Of a DNA stretch of 64,000 nt, positions 18,701 to 29,121 are shown piece after piece. The stretch is from Candidatus Bathyarchaeia archaeon. Its GTDB lineage: Archaea > Thermoproteota > CALKCG01 > B24. The stretch spans positions 608,001 to 672,000 of the forward strand of contig JAVZJD010000001.1 of NCBI GenBank assembly GCA_038870975.1. Reading direction: 5' to 3'. The position numbers and the translations under genes were made by a program. The stretch's first letter is position 1; every line of letters starts with the position of its first letter. The notes under the pieces are model-generated. The model was not told where the DNA came from and searched no databases. It was given only the letters and a program-made list of their open reading frames with translations.

Positions 18701-19840
18701 CTAGATGTATACGCCGCGCTTCTTAGCGTAATCAACCATGAGTAGAAAATTCTCAGCATTAGTATTAATCGATACGTTTGCTGAAGCCGATAAAACGTAT
18801 CCTCTATCTCCCCCTTCACGTATACACCTCTCAACTTCCGCTACTACGTCTTCCCATCTACCGAATTCAAGTACTCTGGGGTCTACGTTTCCTACAAGGC
18901 ATATTCTATCACCGTAATTTTGTTTAACCCATTTTAAACTCATTCCAGCTGTTACGTCTATACCTTGATATGCATTTATCCCAGCGTCTACAACATCTGA
19001 AAGTATTGATGCGATGTTTCCATCTGAATGGAGGACTGCAAAGGCACCTCTACGTTTAAAAGCGTCGCATTGCTTTTTAAGAGCAGGTTTTACAAACCTC
19101 CTGAACATTTCAGGGGAAAGCCAAGGGCCCAATTTATGGCCGTAATCTACACACATTTGTATGGCATCTGCCCCTTCATCGATGGCCCATTTGCCGACTT
19201 CTAAAGCGTACTTGGTATTGGAATCTATGAGAGCCTCGACAGCTTCGGGGCGTTTATATGCCCATATGAGCACGTGTTTAAGTAGATTTGGGTTTGAGAC
19301 TATAGGTCCCCAGGATCCGTCGGCATCAAAGGATAGGAAGAATTCTCCTTTAACTTCCTTCACAAGATACCTTAATACGTCAAATATTTTAGGGTTGACT
19401 TCAATAGTAGAACTTCTACAAATTTCGATTAATTCGCCTGGGTCATAGTTTGCAGGCTCATCCATATCCCAGAGAGTCCCACCAGTCCATTTATATCTCC
19501 TCCCATTTATCATCCACATGTGTTTACCGAGCTTTTTCAGGGTTTTAGGTTTAGCCGTATAGGCTGAAACAACTCTTATCCAGTCAATCCCCGTTATTCT
19601 ATGGAGGAGGAGAAGTTCTCTAGACATATGTTTATTTATACTATCTACGTCTAAACTATTTTCCAACATTAGTGAATAAACAGCCTCAGGATTATGTATG
19701 AGGATAGAATCCGCGGGTTTTCCAAGTATTCTAGACGCGATCACAGGTGGTATATGCATCTCGTATAGTGGAACTCTATCGGGTGTCGAAATTTCCATAG
19801 CTTTTACTACTCTCTCCCAAGAATTCATACATCTTGACAA
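18701..19840 (-). CDS. Uroporphyrinogen decarboxylase / MtaA-type methyltransferase family protein
   Basis: PDRVP, DYG...LSPEMFRRF, HSDG, GNVDP and GYVLS. Confidence 0.8.
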   Translation of the reverse strand: MSRCMNSWERVVKAMEISTPDRVPLYEMHIPPVIASRILGKPADSILIHNPEAVYSLMLENSLDVDSINKHMSRELLLLHRITGIDWIRVVSAYTAKPKTLKKLGKHMWMINGRRYKWTGGTLWDMDEPANYDPGELIEICRSSTIEVNPKIFDVLRYLVKEVKGEFFLSFDADGSWGPIVSNPNLLKHVLIWAYKRPEAVEALIDSNTKYALEVGKWAIDEGADAIQMCVDYGHKLGPWLSPEMFRRFVKPALKKQCDAFKRRGAFAVLHSDGNIASILSDVVDAGINAYQGIDVTAGMSLKWVKQNYGDRICLVGNVDPRVLEFGRWEDVVAEVERCIREGGDRGYVLSASANVSINTNAENFLLMVDYAKKRGVYI

Positions 19841-19916
19841 ACATATACTGGCAGTAAAAATAGTTTTCCATTGTAAGGGGTGAAATTTATATGCCTATTT
19901 GGACAGAATTTAAATC

Positions 19917-20528
19917 ATGCCCAAGTATGTTAAACGTACGGGACCAAATTGCAAACTTGAAAATCGTAGGGTAGCCATAGTGGTTGCCCATGAATTTGAA
20001 GACGTGGAGCTTTTATACCCATTTCTAAGGCTCAGCGAGGAGGGAGCTGAAGTAATAATAGCACCTGTTGAAGCAGGTTTACATCCAAGACCATCTGTCA
20101 AGGATAAGCCAGTAACCGGACGATACGGAACTCCAATACCTCTTGAAGTCTTTGAAGAAGGCGGTAGATACGTTATAAAGAAGATAAGCCAAATAGACTT
20201 AGAAGACTTAGATGCATTAATAATCCCAGGAGGCTTCTCTCCAGATGCCTTAAGATTAGTACCCGAGGTTTTGGAGCTTGTTAGGAAAGCCTATGAGCGT
20301 GGTAAGATTATAGCGGCGATATGTCACGGTCCTCAAGTCCTAATATCAGCCGGATTGGTGAAAGGCAGGAAAGTGACAAGCTATGTAGCTATTAAGGATG
20401 ATTTGATAAATGCTGGAGCGATTTTCGTAGATGAGCCGGCGGTTAGAGATGGAAATATTATAACTGGTAGAGTACCGGATGATCTACCGGAATTTTGCCA
20501 AATGATAATTGAATCTTTAGCAACTTAG
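19917..20528 (+). CDS. PfpI/DJ-1 family protein
   Basis: FEDVE, IPGG..PD.LR, AICHGP and DGNIITGR.PDDL. Confidence 0.92.
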   Translation: MPKYVKRTGPNCKLENRRVAIVVAHEFEDVELLYPFLRLSEEGAEVIIAPVEAGLHPRPSVKDKPVTGRYGTPIPLEVFEEGGRYVIKKISQIDLEDLDALIIPGGFSPDALRLVPEVLELVRKAYERGKIIAAICHGPQVLISAGLVKGRKVTSYVAIKDDLINAGAIFVDEPAVRDGNIITGRVPDDLPEFCQMIIESLAT

Positions 20529-20829
20529 CTTTTTACTTCTCCAATTGCCGATACAGTTTCAAACACTTTTAAGAGCGCGGTCAAACGTTACCATTACCTT
20601 AAAAGTTAAGAGTAGACGCGTAGTTTCACTTCGTATAGAGGCGTCTGCACATACATGAAGAAAGCCGGAGGAAGAGATAAACTAAAAATTTAAGGTAGAA
20701 GCATCAGTATTTTCAATAAAACACTATACATGTACTTTAGTCTGGTGCAAATTTTACGGAATAAGGAGTAACCTATTATTCAAGGAATTTCAGGTTAAAG
20801 CATTCACGTGATTGATTACAGTGGTCTTG

Positions 20830-21711
20830 CTATAACTTCTTTGACGATACTTTAGACAATACTGGCTTAACTATGACCGTTATGATTAATGATACGGCTA
20901 CTTGTCCGAATACATCTCTGAATAATGATATTAGCGCTGGTCCAAGTCCCTTAATGAACACGTTTACGTAAAAGTATGTTAAAGCCATGACTATTCCCCC
21001 CAATAAGCATAAAGCTATTTGTATGTATATCCTCCGACCTTTGCCGAAGCCTGCTATAAACCCTTCAAGTCCATGAGCAGGTATTGATATAAACCACCTT
21101 GGATAGCCTACGTATAGGTCTGCAGCTACAGCGCCAATTGCTCCTATAAGAGCCCCTGCCTTCGGACCATATATAAGGGCGGCTATAAATATTACAGAGT
21201 CGCCTATGTGCGTATACCCGCCCGTCGGCGATGGAAAAAATTGCCCTGTGAAGGCGGTAGCTGAGGCTGTTAAAGCTGAGAATATTGCTATAGAGGCTGT
21301 TTCAACTGTTGAAAGTTTTAACGTAGGTGGAGTTGCACTAGGTTCATATGATAACCCTGAACCGTAAGCTAACAATCCAATCGATATTAAACCCAACGTT
21401 TCAAGGAAGACTAGAGTTTGAAGATCCATGAGCTTTACAGATGACATGGAAGCTATTCCGAAGACCACGGCTAAAACTGATAGTAAAGACGCCCAGAAGC
21501 CGCTACTAATTGCTGAAGCTGAAGCAAGAAGTAGCGATAGAAGACTTAATGTTAACAATAGGCTTAAATTGTTCTTCAAAATGCTGGGCAGATTTACAGC
21601 CTCCAGTATTCCGAATCCAGCTGTGTAAACCACGAAGGCAGCTTCAATAATTCCATATAGCATTATTAGAATAGCACCAGAGATAAGTAGGTAGGACCTA
21701 AGACCTCTCAT
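20830..21711 (-). CDS. ECF transporter S component with N-terminal membrane extension
   Basis: PTGGYTHIGD...GP..GA..GA..ADL..GY..W; highly hydrophobic. Confidence 0.8.
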   Translation of the reverse strand: MRGLRSYLLISGAILIMLYGIIEAAFVVYTAGFGILEAVNLPSILKNNLSLLLTLSLLSLLLASASAISSGFWASLLSVLAVVFGIASMSSVKLMDLQTLVFLETLGLISIGLLAYGSGLSYEPSATPPTLKLSTVETASIAIFSALTASATAFTGQFFPSPTGGYTHIGDSVIFIAALIYGPKAGALIGAIGAVAADLYVGYPRWFISIPAHGLEGFIAGFGKGRRIYIQIALCLLGGIVMALTYFYVNVFIKGLGPALISLFRDVFGQVAVSLIITVIVKPVLSKVSSKKL

Positions 21712-21994
21712 TTAGTATCTAAAAATATTCAAGATTTACCTTTAATATATTTAAGTTTTTCCTTGAAATTTTATATCACCCATGGAAAGAGGCAACCTCC
21801 AGTTAAATGTATGAAGTAGTTTTTAAGCCTCATATTACCATAATGGTTAATAGTATACAAGATTTGCAGATGCCCTTAATACGAGCCAGTAGGTGTGATA
21901 TAACCATCCTTCTCCCAGCCATCATAGGCAGTTAACGACAGACCTGAAAGAAGAACAAAAATTGGGGCTTACCGTAAAACAGCTCTTTTAAAAA

Positions 21995-22103
21995 TGGCGG
22001 GCCCGGCGGGAGTTGAACCCGCGACCACCGGGTTACTTCAGTAATTTGGGGCATTCTTCTTACTTTAAAAGCCCGGCACTCTACCATTCTGAGCTACGGG
22101 CCC
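21995..22103 (-). tRNA. tRNA-Lys(UUU) with a 32-nt intron at 37/38 (22034-22065); CCA encoded
   Basis: Cloverleaf GGGCCCG...CCGGG-CTTTTA^A-CCCGG...TTCAACT...CGGGCCC-G-CCA; BHB with CTTT/GAAG helix and AGTAA/TTACT inner stem. Confidence 0.95.
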
Positions 22104-22203
22104 ACTTATCGCTTAATATGAAAATTCTCCTTTTTAAGGTTTCTCAGCGTGCGAGTCTAAAGCCTATAAGCTTGAGTCTTTATCCTATAGTTTTAGGGAG
22201 ACT

Positions 22204-23079
22204 TTGGAAGTAGGTATTTTAACTAGAAATGAGTTCTCATGGTGTAGTCTTCAACTAAAACAAGCTTTAAACAGCAGAGGTTGTAAATTTACATGTCTTA
22301 GTTTTAACGATTTAACTGCTTATATAGGTTTTGAGAACAGTGTACGTTTTAAGGGCAGACCCATTGAAGAACTCGATGCACTCATAGTCAGGCCCATAGG
22401 CAGAGGTTCACTTGAGGAGATAATTTTCCGCATGGATCTTTTAAGAGCAATTGAAAGTTTAGGGGTATACGTGGTTAATAGAGCCGAAGCCATAGAGAGA
22501 GCTGTAGACAAATACCTTTCACTTTTCCTATTGAAAAAAGCCGGATTGCCTGTCCCAAGAACAATAGTCACTGAAAACCCAAGAATCAGTTTGGAAGCTT
22601 TTAAAAAGCTTAATTCAAAAGTTGTCTTAAAGCCGATTTTTGGATCGAGGGGTTTTGGATTGACGAGGGTTAGAAGCCGTCAGACACTCTACCGCTTAAC
22701 AAGCGTTTTAAGCTACTATCGCCACGTTGTCTACATGCAAGAGTATATCCCCCACTCTAGGGAAGACGTTAGAGCATTCGTAGTCGGAGATAACGTTGTA
22801 GCATCGATGAAGAGAATTGGAGCCACGTGGAGAACGAACATAGCCCAGGGAGGTAAACCTGAGCCTTACAAGCTTTCTGAAGAATTGAAAGATGCTGCTT
22901 TAAAAGCATGCAGAATTTTGGGATGTGAAATAGCTGGTGTTGACATTCTAAATCCGAGTGGCGAATTCTGTATAAATGAGGTGAATAGTCAGCCAGACTG
23001 GAGAGGGTTGCAAAACGTCTCAGAGGTGAATATAGCTGGAGAAATCGTAGACTACGTAGTATCAAAAGTTAAACGCTAG
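22204..23079 (+). CDS. RimK-family ATP-grasp glutamate ligase (MptN/CofF-like)
   Basis: DK, KPIFGSRG, QEYI, DVR, WRTN, GVD and NEVNS; convergent with cofE. Confidence 0.85.
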   Translation: MEVGILTRNEFSWCSLQLKQALNSRGCKFTCLSFNDLTAYIGFENSVRFKGRPIEELDALIVRPIGRGSLEEIIFRMDLLRAIESLGVYVVNRAEAIERAVDKYLSLFLLKKAGLPVPRTIVTENPRISLEAFKKLNSKVVLKPIFGSRGFGLTRVRSRQTLYRLTSVLSYYRHVVYMQEYIPHSREDVRAFVVGDNVVASMKRIGATWRTNIAQGGKPEPYKLSEELKDAALKACRILGCEIAGVDILNPSGEFCINEVNSQPDWRGLQNVSEVNIAGEIVDYVVSKVKR

Positions 23080-23831
23080 CGAAACAGATCTCTCTCTATA
23101 GGTCTCACGAGGTCTTTAGCTGATCCTTCACCTCTGATTGGCTTAAATCCCCTTATTATGGCCACAGGTATCTTTGAAAGCTTACCCATAACGAGTTCAG
23201 CCGCCGCTGCAAGCTCATCAGCTACGGCTATAGCTGTAACTTTAAGTGTATATCCATATGGATCGTTTAAACCCCTATAGTCTGTGATGGGCATCATACC
23301 TGCTACTCCAACTGCAAAATTAACCTGACCAATCCGCCAAGCTCTGCCAAACGTATCAGACACTATAACTGCTACGTCAACTCCTTTAATCTCCCTTATA
23401 CGTTCTCTAATTCTTCTGGCGGATTCATCTGGGTCTATCGGTAGAAGTGAAACTGTATCGTCACCAGGTATGTTAGACTTATCCACTCCGGAGTTTGCAC
23501 ATACAAATCCATGCCTAGTCTCAGTTATTATGTGTCCATCTCTCACTCTAACTATACGTTTTGCTTCTCTAAGTATTACTTCTACAAGCCTAGGGTCTTT
23601 TCCTTCAGCCTCTGCAAGATTGATAGCAAAATCCGAGGGTGTGATTTCCCTTAAGCGTACTATTCTATTCTCAGCCTTAGACACTATCTTCTGAGATACA
23701 ACTACGATGTCGTCGTCCATAAGACCTACGTTACTTCTTTCGGCTGCTTCAACTATAAGCTTAGGTAAATCGTCGCCAGGTTTAACCTCAGGAATCCCCT
23801 CTAAACCATAAATACATATTTTACGACTCAT
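23076..23831 (-). CDS. cofE: Coenzyme F420-0:L-glutamate ligase
   Basis: IPEVKPGDDL, QKIVSKAE, ANSGVDKSN, DTFGRAWR and DLFR; start taken at MSRKICI. Confidence 0.92.
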   Translation of the reverse strand: MSRKICIYGLEGIPEVKPGDDLPKLIVEAAERSNVGLMDDDIVVVSQKIVSKAENRIVRLREITPSDFAINLAEAEGKDPRLVEVILREAKRIVRVRDGHIITETRHGFVCANSGVDKSNIPGDDTVSLLPIDPDESARRIRERIREIKGVDVAVIVSDTFGRAWRIGQVNFAVGVAGMMPITDYRGLNDPYGYTLKVTAIAVADELAAAAELVMGKLSKIPVAIIRGFKPIRGEGSAKDLVRPIERDLFR

Positions 23832-24182
23832 TATACCACTTGAGCTATAAACGGTAATATTTAAAAATGTTTGAAATAGAATCTTTACTTTTAATAATCT
23901 CAGCAGATTCAAGCTAGGAATTTTGATTCGGACACTTTTATACCCTTAAACAATCATATGACACTTCATAACGTCAGTAATACTTCAATTTGTTGGAATT
24001 TTAACGGAGTCTATTTATCCTCTAGTAAAACTGGAATCTCATGCTTTATCATAAGATCGATAGCTGTTTAGATGAGTGGACACTCTAACGAGGATGAGTA
24101 TTTTAGCTTAGGGGCTATTCCAAAAAATTAATACGTTTAAAAGTGAGATTTTAAACCATCAGTAAGGGGGGCTAAAACTACC

Positions 24183-25763
24183 ATGGAGTTTAAACTTAGA
24201 GGAGAAGTTCGAGTGAGTGGTAGTTTAGAGAATTTAAAAGAAGCTGTGACTTCTTGGATTGGTGAACTTAATAGAGACGTTTTAATGAGGGGGGCTAAGA
24301 CTCCTGAGGAGGGCGCCAGAATATCTGACTGGAAGATCGAGGAAAATAGACTGCTACTTACAATAGAGTCTGGAAGGACTGTTAGAGCCCATTCAGCCCT
24401 ATTAAGAGTTAGAAACTTTCTCGCGGATAAGCTTGGACAGTATAAGTTGGGTGTGAGAGGTTTAAAAGCCGAAGAAATTAGAGTAACTTTCGATGGTTTA
24501 GCTGCGTCAACTGATGCCATCGAAAAACTTTTAGAAAATCTAGCCGAAGTCGAAAGAATCGAAGGTAAAATAGTAATAGTCTTTAGAGATGTTAGCAGTA
24601 GAGATTTAGAGAAGGGTGTTATAGACCGTGTTTTAAAGAAGATTGAACCTTTAGCAAAGAAAGAACTTATTACCGTGGAGAAAACGCTCACTACAGTTTC
24701 AGTGGTAAGAGAGCAAAAGCTTGTCCCAATGGGGTATGTAATCAAAGCTTCATCTGTGAAAGACGTCAAATTTAATGGAGACGTTTCAGATTGGGCTGAA
24801 AAGCTTAATTGGATTAAAAGATATCCTGGGAGGGGGCAGTGGATTTTAACAGCCCCTATGACTGCTTTAATCAACCTTATATCAGATATGATAATAAATG
24901 ATGTTTTAAAGCCTATGGGTTTTGTAGAGTGGATGCTCCCCAAATTAACACCTCTTCAAGTTATGGCTAAAATGCCTGGCTACTTTGACAATCTTGCAGA
25001 GGGTATGCTCTATGTTTTCACACCTGAACGGGAGGAGGAGGCTTTAAAAGAATTTAAACGCAAGTTTTCGCTTACTGGCGAACTAGACCTTGAATCTTTA
25101 AAGAGAGAGCTTAGTGGTCCTAATTACGTCTTAGAGCCTGCTCAATGCACACCCTTCTACCAGTTTTTCTCGGGGGAAATCGTCAACTTAGACGATTTAC
25201 CAGTTAAGATATTCGATCGAAGCGGCTGGACATGGAGGTGGGAGGGGAAGGCGACTAGGGGACTTGAAAGGACTACTGAATTCTATAGAATAGAGGCTAT
25301 TTGGCTGGCGAGTCCTGAAGATGCCGTTAGAATACGCGATGCAGTAGCTGAGAAATCTATGGAGCTTGCAGATAAAAAGCTTGATCTAGAAGTTAGAATG
25401 GTTGTAGGCGCACCATTCTACATGAGTAGCGATGAAGCTTCTAAAACTTATGTCGATATATCGAGTAGCGATAAGATTCCTACAATCGACTTGGAGGCTT
25501 GGCTCCCCTACAGAGGCTCTAGAGAAGACTCTGAATGGCTTGAAATCGGAGGAGCATTCTCATGCCATAGAGATAAGTATGTGAAAAGTTTTAAGATCAA
25601 GGAAGCCAAGAATAGAGATGTTTGGACTGGTTGCTCAGGCTTCGGCATAACCCGGTGGGCTACAGCGTTTTTAGCTCAGAAGGGTTTCAACCCAAATGAT
25701 TGGCCCAGTGAAGTCAAGCGTAGATTAGGAGAATTACCCAAACCAGTTAAAACGATTACTTAA
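24183..25763 (+). CDS. serS: Seryl-tRNA synthetase, methanogen (type 2) form
   Basis: SGRTVRAHSALLR N-domain, PGRGQW, PAQC.PFY, SGWTWRWE, EF.RIE and WTGCSG (Cys/Glu/Cys zinc ligands). Confidence 0.9.
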   Translation: MEFKLRGEVRVSGSLENLKEAVTSWIGELNRDVLMRGAKTPEEGARISDWKIEENRLLLTIESGRTVRAHSALLRVRNFLADKLGQYKLGVRGLKAEEIRVTFDGLAASTDAIEKLLENLAEVERIEGKIVIVFRDVSSRDLEKGVIDRVLKKIEPLAKKELITVEKTLTTVSVVREQKLVPMGYVIKASSVKDVKFNGDVSDWAEKLNWIKRYPGRGQWILTAPMTALINLISDMIINDVLKPMGFVEWMLPKLTPLQVMAKMPGYFDNLAEGMLYVFTPEREEEALKEFKRKFSLTGELDLESLKRELSGPNYVLEPAQCTPFYQFFSGEIVNLDDLPVKIFDRSGWTWRWEGKATRGLERTTEFYRIEAIWLASPEDAVRIRDAVAEKSMELADKKLDLEVRMVVGAPFYMSSDEASKTYVDISSSDKIPTIDLEAWLPYRGSREDSEWLEIGGAFSCHRDKYVKSFKIKEAKNRDVWTGCSGFGITRWATAFLAQKGFNPNDWPSEVKRRLGELPKPVKTIT

Positions 25764-25888
25764 ATTTTCAACTAGAGATTTCTCTCGATGGAACCTCCAT
25801 AAAACCCCTATTTTAGAGCCTCTAAAGGAAAAGTTCATCCTGATATGCTCAGATAAAGACCTATGTAGAGCTACGGAATAGAAGGGGA

Positions 25889-25920
25889 GTTTCCAACTTT
25901 TGCTTCCAAAAGTTGGAAAC
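25889..25920. repeat. Perfect 14-bp inverted repeat between convergent genes (terminator or REP-like element)
   Basis: GTTTCCAACTTTTG-CTTC-CAAAAGTTGGAAAC. Confidence 0.6.
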
Positions 25921-25988
25921 GGGATCTTTCCTCAAATAAGCATCTCAACAAATTCACAGTCATGTTGAAAACATGCTTGACTTGGAGA

Positions 25989-26438
25989 TTATCGTATAGT
26001 CACTCCAAACTCTTCCTTTAAAACTCTTAAAACAAGCATTGTCACCGTGTTTTTAACCCCAGGTATAGCACCAACTTGATCGATCACTTCAGTAAGCTCT
26101 TTCTTACTTCCGACTTTAACGTCTATTAACGCTGAGAACTCACCTGTTACGTCATAAACAGCGTAAACTCCATCGATTTCGCGAATTCTCTTTAAGATAC
26201 TTTCATAAAGCGACGGGTCTGCCTGTAAACCTATGAAAGCCCTTATAGGAAGCCCAATCTTATCTGGGTCCAGTATCGTATAGAAGCCTTTTATAACCCC
26301 TTCTTCAACAAGTTTTTTAACCCTTAAATGAACAGTGCCCTCGCTTACACCTAGTTGTTTAGCTATTTTCACGAAGCTCATTCTAGCGTCATTTTTAAGA
26401 AAATTTAAAATCTTCTTGTCTAAATCGTCAAGGTTCAT
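25989..26438 (-). CDS. Lrp/AsnC transcriptional regulator
   Basis: LDDLDKKIL..L..DAR.SF..IA..LGVSEGTV..RVKKL...GVI HTH. Confidence 0.93.
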   Translation of the reverse strand: MNLDDLDKKILNFLKNDARMSFVKIAKQLGVSEGTVHLRVKKLVEEGVIKGFYTILDPDKIGLPIRAFIGLQADPSLYESILKRIREIDGVYAVYDVTGEFSALIDVKVGSKKELTEVIDQVGAIPGVKNTVTMLVLRVLKEEFGVTIR

Positions 26439-26488
26439 AATTGTCTCGATAAATATTTTTCAAAGTCCTCACATATATGTCTTAGCAG

Positions 26489-27169
26489 TTGGGAATATTG
26501 GAAGATTTGGTGAAGCGAGAAGTTTTAAAAACACTTTTAAAAATTAAACGGACTGAAAATTGGAGCCTGGCAAAACTTAGTGAAGAAACTAGGGTGCCAG
26601 TTGAAATAGTCAGAAGCATTTTAACGGAAATTGCGGATGCTGTTGTAGTGAAAGATGACACTGTTAGTATAGCTGATCACGGTAAGGTTCAAATCGCCAT
26701 ATACTGTCTTAATCTAGCTACAGATCCATTATACATCTCTAAGTATTTAAATTGGAGAGAATTTGAAGATTTCACAGCGGCTATCGTAGATGCTTATGGA
26801 TATGTTGTCTACAGAAGCTTTAGATTTAAAAGCATCAATCGACGTTGGGAAGTAGATATTTTGGCTATTAAAAAGCCGATTTTACTGTGTTTAAACTGTA
26901 AACACTTTCTTAAACAAAGCTGGTCTTCTTTGAGAAGAGCCGCTTTAGAAGAGTTTGAGAGAGCTGAAGCCTTACGGCAAGCACTACCGAAATTGAAACT
27001 TGAGCCCAAACCGGCTAAGGGATGGAGAATTCTACCGACTCTAATAACACTACTTACGCCTAAGTTTAAATTTTACGATAAAATTCCAATAGTCAAGGTG
27101 ACTGAGTTGAGAAGTTTTCTTGAAGAACTGCCTTTACACGCCGATTCGCTAAAATTTTTACAGGTCTAG
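26489..27169 (+). CDS. HTH plus PD-(D/E)XK (NERD/Mrr-like) domain protein
   Basis: WREFE...EVDILA...LNCK restriction-endonuclease-like motif after an N-terminal HTH. Confidence 0.65.
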   Translation: MGILEDLVKREVLKTLLKIKRTENWSLAKLSEETRVPVEIVRSILTEIADAVVVKDDTVSIADHGKVQIAIYCLNLATDPLYISKYLNWREFEDFTAAIVDAYGYVVYRSFRFKSINRRWEVDILAIKKPILLCLNCKHFLKQSWSSLRRAALEEFERAEALRQALPKLKLEPKPAKGWRILPTLITLLTPKFKFYDKIPIVKVTELRSFLEELPLHADSLKFLQV

Positions 27170-27184
27170 TAGGGGTGTCTACAC

Positions 27185-27709
27185 TTAGACATACGCCATT
27201 TTTCGTTCTGGATAAGTTTTACTGAAGAACTCTTCAACTTTCTTAGTCAATTCTTCATCTATGGGTTTTTCGGATTCGAATAATGGAGTCCTACGCTTTA
27301 CGGCATATTTACCCAATCCAAACATGAGTATGGTTTTTAAGTCGTCTTGCGGGAATAATGCTTGAAAACCAAAGGGTTGACCTTCATTAAAGACCTTCAT
27401 AAATATTTCAGAGTTTAAGTCGCGTATCTCCGCTCCTACAGTTATGTAACTGTAGGGGTTTATTGGTTTAGATTTAAGCTTCCAGAGTAATTCGTTTCTA
27501 TGGGATATGTAGAAGTCTAGTCTTCCTCCACTGTCAAGACCTGCGAGAACACTCCAACCACGGCTATCTTTATCGTAAATATCCTTTATGCGTTTAACTA
27601 TCTGACTCCCGAGCTCTATCAACATCTCTATACTTGAAGACCGCAGTTGAGGTAAATAAACCTTAATAACGGTCTTCTTTTTAATCTTATAATGGCACTT
27701 TCCATCCAC
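27185..27709 (-). CDS. Hypothetical protein (true start probably later, near MLIELGSQ)
   Basis: Open frame filling the gap between genes; no motif recognised. Confidence 0.55.
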   Translation of the reverse strand: MDGKCHYKIKKKTVIKVYLPQLRSSSIEMLIELGSQIVKRIKDIYDKDSRGWSVLAGLDSGGRLDFYISHRNELLWKLKSKPINPYSYITVGAEIRDLNSEIFMKVFNEGQPFGFQALFPQDDLKTILMFGLGKYAVKRRTPLFESEKPIDEELTKKVEEFFSKTYPERKMAYV

Positions 27710-27754
27710 TTTTAGATACGACTATTTCTTAAGAGTGAGAGATTATGGGAGGGG

Positions 27755-28159
27755 TTGGCTTTAGAGCTAGAAGTATGGTTTATGGGTTATAGTGGTAGGA
27801 AAACTAGGGATTTTTTAGACTCCCTTAAGAATAATCATATAGAGCTCCTTGTCGATATTAGAAGATTCCCTACTTCTAAAGTGGAAGACTTTAGAAGGGA
27901 TGTATTGGCTGAACTTCTTAGACGCGAGAACATAGCATATTTATGGTTAGGCGACTTGCTTGGGGGTTATAGACATGGAGGATTTGAAAAATACATGGAG
28001 ACAGATGACTTTAAAAAAGGACTGGATATATTAATTGGGGAAATCTCTAGAAGAAGGATTTGCATAATGTGTCTTGAACGCAATCAGAAATACTGTCACA
28101 GACGTTTCATAGCCGAAGCCTTAAAGAAGAGGGGTTTTAAAGTGATAGGAATACCGTAA
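27755..28159 (+). CDS. DUF488 family protein
   Basis: GYS, LVDIRRFP.SK, LGGYR and MCLE....CHR. Confidence 0.88.
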   Translation: MALELEVWFMGYSGRKTRDFLDSLKNNHIELLVDIRRFPTSKVEDFRRDVLAELLRRENIAYLWLGDLLGGYRHGGFEKYMETDDFKKGLDILIGEISRRRICIMCLERNQKYCHRRFIAEALKKRGFKVIGIP

Positions 28160-28292
28160 TCGAAACTCTTAATTAGCAGAAAAAAGAATAAACTTGAATG
28201 GCGAATGAAGATAGGATGATTTACAGAGCGTAGAGCTATGAAGCCAGACGGGCGGACTGACGCCTTCCACATGTCGTTGCAAATAATCGTCA

Positions 28293-29120
28293 CTAAAGCT
28301 CTTCTATCAGTTGCTCATAAAATGATAGATGCTTATTCGAATCTGCGTTGACAAACAATCTTCCAGAGCCTTTTTCATTAAGGTCCCCTATGAACGTGTA
28401 AAAGCGCCCTTTCAATCTTTCAGTCTCTACCCTAATACTCGGTCTAATTTCTTCAAAGCTAAAACTTGCGAGGATTGATGGAATATAGCCGAGCACGATT
28501 ATTCTACCATTTTTCATAAAAGCTCCAGCACCCATACCGCACCCACCTTTTATAAGTATAGTGCCGCCAATCATATGGATCCCTGGAAAACCGCCAACAT
28601 CACCATCAACCATGATCAGTCCGTTCTTCATTTTATAGCCTATATTCCAACCAGTTTTACCGTGAACCACTATAGTTCCTCCCCTCATGCCGAAGTTTTC
28701 ACCTCTATAAGCCCCTCCTAGAAAGTCTCCCACATCACCGTAGACCTCTATAGAGCCGCCTTTCATTTTAGCCCCTAACCATGGTCCAGCGGAGCCTTCT
28801 ATTATAATCTTACCACCTCTCATGGCTTCACCAAATCCTATGCCTGCTATTCCTTTAATTCGTATTATACCGCGGCTCATCTCTCTACCGATTCTCCTAA
28901 CTTTTGAGAAGTCTCCGATAAATTCAAGCGTAGTTTCTTCAGCCTCTCCAACTTCCTTTATCTTAAACAGCTCTTCCAAACGCTTCCTTTTATTTCCCTC
29001 GTAGACTTCAACGTTTAAGACCTCCGACAATTGCTTCTCTTCAAATAATTCAGGTTTTAAATTATCCGCTAATATTGGAAGCTTAAAATCGTAAGCTGGG
29101 GTTAACTGATAGATTTTCAA
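28293..29120 (-). CDS. fwdC: Formylmethanofuran dehydrogenase subunit C
   Basis: Repeated GxxMxGG beta-helix (GXGXG) motifs; operon context. Confidence 0.93.
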   Translation of the reverse strand: MKIYQLTPAYDFKLPILADNLKPELFEEKQLSEVLNVEVYEGNKRKRLEELFKIKEVGEAEETTLEFIGDFSKVRRIGREMSRGIIRIKGIAGIGFGEAMRGGKIIIEGSAGPWLGAKMKGGSIEVYGDVGDFLGGAYRGENFGMRGGTIVVHGKTGWNIGYKMKNGLIMVDGDVGGFPGIHMIGGTILIKGGCGMGAGAFMKNGRIIVLGYIPSILASFSFEEIRPSIRVETERLKGRFYTFIGDLNEKGSGRLFVNADSNKHLSFYEQLIEEL

Positions 29121-29121
29121 A

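Noticed and set aside
21720-21994. Possible integrated-element scar downstream of tRNA-Lys
   Set aside because: No duplicated tRNA 3' end, integrase or convincing ORF is visible.
22013-22213. Short ORFs overlapping RNA genes (also 45715-46097 and 48311-48599)
   Set aside because: They are shadows of tRNA-Lys, the 5S rRNA and tRNA-Arg.
24137-24943. 268-aa antisense ORF and the many other 60-130 aa antisense ORFs
   Set aside because: They lie opposite well-supported genes and show no motifs.
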